Shown here piece after piece: positions 63,999 to 64,000 of a stretch of 64,000 nt of DNA. The notes under the pieces are model-generated. The model did not search any database, was not told the origin of the DNA, and saw nothing but the letters and a program-made list of their open reading frames with translations. Made by a program: the position numbers and the translations under genes. The stretch lies in the NCBI GenBank assembly GCA_964016885.1, contig OZ024756.1, positions 1,178,001 through 1,242,000 of the forward strand, written 5' to 3'. Position 1 is the first letter of the stretch. Every line of letters begins with the position of its first letter. Source of the DNA: Eledone cirrhosa (Eukaryota).

Positions 63999-64000
63999 AA

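Overview
AT-rich, microsatellite-saturated animal DNA, most likely an Octopus-type cephalopod (inferred from the repeat landscape, not proven). Nearly all ORF-track entries are translated simple repeats. One probable host CDS runs in from the right edge on the minus strand: an eh1-motif, poly-Ala transcription factor. The rest is a nested transposon field: three Penelope-like element (PLE) relics with GIY-YIG domains, CR1-, RTE- and R4/Dong-like LINE fragments, tRNA-derived SINEs, Helitrons, a mariner relic and two minisatellites. The main signal is about 45 hammerhead ribozyme motifs found by eye (about 35 with intact cores), from many unrelated short families inserted in (TA)n. Many insertions share one geometry: two arms joined head-to-head, with fixed outer ends and a variable inner junction. 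One arm carries a terminal tail with a shared GAGTRCT motif. A 4.5-kb copy with an RT/GIY-YIG ORF ties this geometry to Hydra-clade-like PLEs and suggests twin-primed integration into a self-complementary (TA)n target. Coordinates were counted by hand and may be off by a few bases.
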